This document shows, in pieces, positions 16,796 through 20,657 of a stretch of DNA of 20,657 bases. This stretch comes from Promethearchaeota archaeon (GTDB lineage: Archaea > Asgardarchaeota > Lokiarchaeia > Sigyniarchaeales > SOKP01), in assembly GCA_019894975.1 (NCBI GenBank), contig JAGXNO010000053.1, positions 1 through 20,657 on the forward strand. The letters are read 5' to 3'. The position numbers and the translations under genes are program-made. How positions within the stretch are numbered: position 1 is the first letter of the stretch; each line of letters opens with the position of its first letter. Below the pieces are notes generated by a model. That model ran no database searches. It saw nothing but the letters and a program-made list of their open reading frames with translations, and was not told the origin of the DNA.

Positions 16796-17722
16796 TTATG
16801 CAAAATTAAACAATTTTCTCGCTTTATCAACTGTACCAGAATCAAATTTCCTAAATAAAGCGTAAGCAGCAATTGGTACAACACATCCACAATTGTCGCA
16901 TAGAAGTGGTGAATTTCCCATGACACAAAACTTTTGTTTTCCATCAGGAAAGAAACTTTTTATTTGACCAGTTTTAAAAATGCAATGTGGCACAAATTCT
17001 TTTGACAGGTATACTTCTAACATTTTTTTGGAATAAAAAATAAAATCTCCATATTCACGCATTACTTTTAAAATATCGTTTATTGTCTTTTTTAATACAT
17101 TACCTTTTAATAAGAGTGAGCTGTCAGGATAATCTGTATATAACAGAAAAGCTAATCCAGAGGCACCATTATCATAAGCAATCTTGGCAATATCTTCAAT
17201 TTCCTTATAGTTTAGTGCCATTATCGTTGATGAAACCACTGGATTATTCTCACGAATATTTTGTATGACTTTATCAAAAACTTGTGCACCTCTTATCTCA
17301 TTATGAGTTTCTTTGGTACCATCTATACTTACCCAGTATTTCGGTTGTTTGTATCCATTAAATCGAGGTAATTTTATAAGTCCATTTGATACAACCTGAA
17401 CTGAGGGAAAGATTTTAATCGCTTCTTTTATAACATCCATTCTTAGAGTAGGTTCTCCACCAGTTAAAACAGCTATTTTTGTTCCTAATTTTCGGTGGTA
17501 TTTAAAAACCTTAATCCATTCTTCATCAGATAATTCCGGTCTTTTATTTTTTAATTCCGTTGTTGATGAGAAAAAATAACAATGCTTACATTTTAAATTA
17601 CATTGCCACGTTAAATCATAATTCACATATAATGGAACCTTCCTTACTATTGACTGCAAAAATGATGGTCCCATGGACACAAAACTTATTATATTTTTTA
17701 CGGTAAATAGTCCCATAATCAA
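16796..17722 (-). CDS. Radical SAM protein with a C-terminal Cys-rich auxiliary domain
   Basis: CNLKCKHC (CxxxCxxC), LTGGEPTL and VSIDG...HNEIRG, plus C-terminal HC...FC...CDNCGC. ATG at 17716 is an alternative start. Confidence 0.9.
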   Translation of the reverse strand: MIMGLFTVKNIISFVSMGPSFLQSIVRKVPLYVNYDLTWQCNLKCKHCYFFSSTTELKNKRPELSDEEWIKVFKYHRKLGTKIAVLTGGEPTLRMDVIKEAIKIFPSVQVVSNGLIKLPRFNGYKQPKYWVSIDGTKETHNEIRGAQVFDKVIQNIRENNPVVSSTIMALNYKEIEDIAKIAYDNGASGLAFLLYTDYPDSSLLLKGNVLKKTINDILKVMREYGDFIFYSKKMLEVYLSKEFVPHCIFKTGQIKSFFPDGKQKFCVMGNSPLLCDNCGCVVPIAAYALFRKFDSGTVDKARKLFNFA

Positions 17723-18087
17723 GATCAGATTCGATATTTTAAAAACTCATATTAAGATATAAGTAATTATTGCTTATTTTTTATTTCCTTAATTTGTTTT
17801 TAGATTATTAGTAAATTTTCAGTATGAACTTTACAGTAGTAAAAATATTCAAGTGAGAGTCTCCAATCGACTGAATTGTCCTATTATAATTTCTCCGCCC
17901 TTGTTAGATAAAATAAAGAACTAATAATTATGCATCAAAATCTTTTTTTATAGTAAGAAATAAAACAATTTAATTGATTGTTCATTAAGAAGAAGTTAAT
18001 AAGAGTAAGAATTAATTTTAATTGAAGATCTTAGGAGAATTATGATTAAAATCTTATCTCATAAACATTCAATATTTAGTATTTATT

Positions 18088-19206
18088 ATGAGAAGAATTA
18101 AGACTTTTGATATTATTCGCGGTTGGTGCATGTTTATGATGGTTTTTGGACATATGCTTTCCTGGTGGATAATATCTCAAGATCGTTGGTTAACCTCAGC
18201 ACTTCATTCGATTTTTGGTGATATTGTTGCTATTGGATTCTTATTAATTTCAGGATTAAGTTCGGTAATATTTTTTAGGAGTAGACTTACTAAAGCTGAA
18301 GCTTCAACTGGTTATAGTGTAGAGCATGTAAAAAGTGAATATCTATTTCGAGCTTTACTTATATTGATCGTAGCTCTACTATACAATGGTTTTATATCAA
18401 TAGGAACATTAGATCCTTTAAATATCTGGAAATGGTTTATACCACTTACAATAGCGATTTCACTATTATTAGCGTTCCCCTTATTAAAAATTTCAAAATC
18501 GCTTAGATTATTAATAGCCGTGGGTTTTTGGATAACCCATTATTATATCCTTTCATTACTTTTACCTTATCAAGGGCAAGTTAACCCTTTTGGAGTATTA
18601 TATCATATTTTATATAATTCCAAAGGTCTACATCCCATTCTATGCTATTTTAGTTTTTTTTTAATAGGAACAGTAATTGGAGATGTAATATACGAAATAT
18701 ATCTTACAAATGATCAAAAAGAGAGAAGAATGGCAATAAAAAATGAAGTTCTGCTTCCTTCGTTAATAATAGGCCCAATTCTAATAATAATTGGAGTTTT
18801 ATCTCTGTTTCCTAGTTTTTTAACACATGCAACATTTTCATCAACGGTTTATTCCCTGGGAGTAATATTAATTTCAACTTCAGTATTATTAATCATTGAA
18901 GAATTTGAAGCTATCAATGTAGAAAGAAGCTACAGATTTTTCTTTTATTACTCATATTATTCTTTTACTATTTATTTTGCTCATAATATGTTATACTTTT
19001 TACTATTTGAAAGGGTAAATGCACTAACTATTTGGATTTTTATGCCACTCACATTCTTAGTAATTACTTTTGTACTTAGAATTATTTATACAAAACTTAA
19101 GGAGAGAGTATCAATAAAGGCACAAGTTGGAAAACTAAGTGCAAAGCTGGCAATTTACGTTAATGAAAGATCAGAAAGTAAAGAAATGGAAAAAGATAGG
19201 ATTTGA
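18088..19206 (+). CDS. Polytopic membrane protein, DUF1624/HGSNAT-like acyltransferase family
   Basis: N-terminal RIKTFDIIRGWCMFMMVFGH, FLLISGLS, many hydrophobic helices and a late SFTIYFAH motif. Confidence 0.75.
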   Translation: MRRIKTFDIIRGWCMFMMVFGHMLSWWIISQDRWLTSALHSIFGDIVAIGFLLISGLSSVIFFRSRLTKAEASTGYSVEHVKSEYLFRALLILIVALLYNGFISIGTLDPLNIWKWFIPLTIAISLLLAFPLLKISKSLRLLIAVGFWITHYYILSLLLPYQGQVNPFGVLYHILYNSKGLHPILCYFSFFLIGTVIGDVIYEIYLTNDQKERRMAIKNEVLLPSLIIGPILIIIGVLSLFPSFLTHATFSSTVYSLGVILISTSVLLIIEEFEAINVERSYRFFFYYSYYSFTIYFAHNMLYFLLFERVNALTIWIFMPLTFLVITFVLRIIYTKLKERVSIKAQVGKLSAKLAIYVNERSESKEMEKDRI

Positions 19207-19539
19207 TAAAAATTAAAGAGAAATTCATTCCAGTACAGATAAATCAGGAATTATGTTTAAGGTGTGAACGGTGTTTACGTGTTTGTAAGGCTAAAGCAAT
19301 ATATTTCGAGTATTAAAGTTGATCATGAAAAATGCTCTATGTGTGAAGATTGTTTAGATGATGAGGGAAATTTCTGCCCTAAAAGCCTTTTTTATAAAGA
19401 TAAGGTAAAAAACAAGGAAAATCAAGAAATTGAAGGGATTAGATTCAAATATAGAGAAATAGCAAAATGTCAAGGTTGCTTAAGATGCGAAGCTCTCTGC
19501 CCTGAAAAGGCACTAAAGCCTATAAAATTTGATATATAA
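19203..19539 (+). pseudogene. Polyferredoxin ([4Fe-4S] motifs) split by a frameshift
   Basis: TTG 19203 overlaps the upstream TGA and reads MIKIKEKFIPVQINQELCLRCERCLRVCKAKAIYFEY* (TAA 19314-19316). The +1 frame from about 19309 continues SIKVDHEKCSMCEDCLDDEGNFCP...KCQGCLRCEALCPEKAL to 19539. Confidence 0.75.
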
Positions 19540-19551
19540 GAAATAAATGTT

Positions 19552-20211
19552 CTATATTTTATCTTCTACTCTTTTGATTTTTTTAACTAAATCGTTGAGA
19601 TATAAATTACCCATTCCTAACTTTACCATATGAGAAAAAAATAGTACTAGTGCAAATCTATTTTCTTGGATTTCCACATAACTAGAACAAATCTTCTGAT
19701 TATTTTCCAATTCTAAATACATCTTCTTCAAAGCACTTAAATTTCTCTCAGAACGAACTTCAAACTCTTTAGAAATTGAAAATAAGGTTGTACTTGGAAG
19801 TGAGGAATATAGAACATTTCCATTAGTAGTAAAGATCCCACTTCCCAAAATTTCTTTATCATCTACAAAGCTTCTTAAGATTTTAACGATATCTTGAAAT
19901 AATGGGGTGGATGTTAATGCTGTATCTTCTACAGCTCTTTCAGAAGATTCTCCTCCTCCTTCATAGAATTCCATATGTGCGAATTCAAAATCAACTTTTT
20001 GATATCCACGAACTTTGAAATTCTTATCTACAAATGATTGAAAACTATGTTCACAAACTGCACCTGAAGGTATAGAAACTGTAGTTAATTGTTTACTTTG
20101 ATTAATAATTTGACTTGGGATTTTTAGTTCTTTTCTTCTGTTACATGTAGGACAATCTACTCGAATGCTCTCAAATAATTCTTTTTCTTCAGAATTTTTT
20201 GTTTTTGACAT
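19552..20211 (-). CDS. Zn-ribbon protein (CxxC...CxH) with a C-terminal Roadblock/longin/profilin-like domain
   Basis: N-terminal CPTC...CEHSFQSFVDKNFKVRGY. The C-terminal half has a helix, strands (ILGSGIFTTNGNVLYSSL), a helix, three strands and a final helix. Fold assignment is by pattern only. Confidence 0.65.
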   Translation of the reverse strand: MSKTKNSEEKELFESIRVDCPTCNRRKELKIPSQIINQSKQLTTVSIPSGAVCEHSFQSFVDKNFKVRGYQKVDFEFAHMEFYEGGGESSERAVEDTALTSTPLFQDIVKILRSFVDDKEILGSGIFTTNGNVLYSSLPSTTLFSISKEFEVRSERNLSALKKMYLELENNQKICSSYVEIQENRFALVLFFSHMVKLGMGNLYLNDLVKKIKRVEDKI

Positions 20212-20241
20212 ATGAAGCTAAGTTGTGAACTAATTTGAATG

Positions 20242-20254
20242 TATATAAAAGGTT
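20242..20254 (-). promoter_or_regulatory. Putative TATA box for the 19552-20211 gene
   Basis: The minus strand reads AACCTTTTATATA about 30 nt upstream of ATG 20211. Confidence 0.45.
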
Positions 20255-20325
20255 AATATTAATACACCAAAATAAATTTATTTGCTTATAAGTTGAATTG
20301 TGAGTATTAGTTTTTGTTTCATGGG

Positions 20326-20657
20326 CTATGCAGATAATTCTGGTTTAATATAATTACAGAGACCCAAAGCTTTTTTCCTCTTAAGACAAGACGAACATTG
20401 ACCACAAGGTTTTTCTCCATCACTATAACAGCTCCACGTCAATTCTAAGGGGACACTTAAATTTTTAGCTAATTTTACAACCTCTGATTTACTTAATTTA
20501 ATCAATGGAAGTAAAATTTCGATACTAGTCTTATCCCGCTTATGCTTACCTCTATTTATTAATTGTTCGAGAGATTTAAAAAAATTGTAACTAGCATCTG
20601 GAAATTGATCTGCATCTGCTAAAATATGACCTCCAATAATGAAGTGACATCCAAAAG
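20326..20657 (-). CDS. queC: 7-cyano-7-deazaguanine synthase (QueC-like), 3' part
   Basis: The minus frame from 20655 reads FGCHFIIGGHILADADQFPDAS...PLIKLSKSEVVKLA...LTWSCYSDGEKPCGQCSSCLKRKKAL...*, with TAG at 20328-20326. TWSCY...CGxCxSCxxR is the QueC Zn motif. Truncated by the window edge. Confidence 0.88.
   Translation of the reverse strand, partial: FGCHFIIGGHILADADQFPDASYNFFKSLEQLINRGKHKRDKTSIEILLPLIKLSKSEVVKLAKNLSVPLELTWSCYSDGEKPCGQCSSCLKRKKALGLCNYIKPELSA

Noticed and set aside
17083-17268. 61-aa plus-strand ORF
   Set aside because: Antisense shadow of the radical SAM gene.
19264-19308. GTG start and N-terminus MNGVYVFVRLKQYIS of the track's ferredoxin ORF
   Set aside because: The same bases encode part of a CxxCxxCxxxC motif in the frame starting at 19203, which is far more likely the real reading.
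1-20657. Mobile elements, CRISPR arrays, tRNA or rRNA genes
   Set aside because: I saw no transposase or integrase motifs, regularly spaced repeats, or GC-rich structured RNA blocks by eye. A covariance-model scan was not possible.

Overview
Low-GC archaeal chromosomal window, most likely from an Asgard archaeon of the Lokiarchaeia type. This is inferred from the AT-richness, TATA-box promoters, oligo-T terminators, a PAC2 proteasome chaperone, an ADP-forming acyl-CoA synthetase, a tungsten AOR and small Zn-ribbon/winged-helix proteins. Most genes are housekeeping or fermentative: thiolase 3' end, TPR protein, GNAT, dUTPase, ACD alpha, gatC, HAD hydrolase, a MoxR-type AAA+/VWA-metallopeptidase pair, a peroxiredoxin-like protein, convergent AOR and Fe-ADH, PAC2, DUF3795, radical SAM, a membrane acyltransferase-like protein, a broken polyferredoxin, a Zn-ribbon/Roadblock-like protein and the queC 3' end. 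I saw no transposase, integrase, CRISPR array, tRNA or rRNA. The main signal is missing from the ORF track: a dodecin-family gene (269-505) with an intact promoter and terminator. It is interrupted by a 27-30 nt in-frame insert carrying two stop codons, and the insert folds into a bulge-helix-bulge-like hairpin. It is a candidate tRNA-endonuclease-type intron in a protein-coding gene. Also missed by the track are a 43-aa single-pass membrane microprotein (645-776) and the true N-terminus of a frameshifted polyferredoxin (19203-19316).
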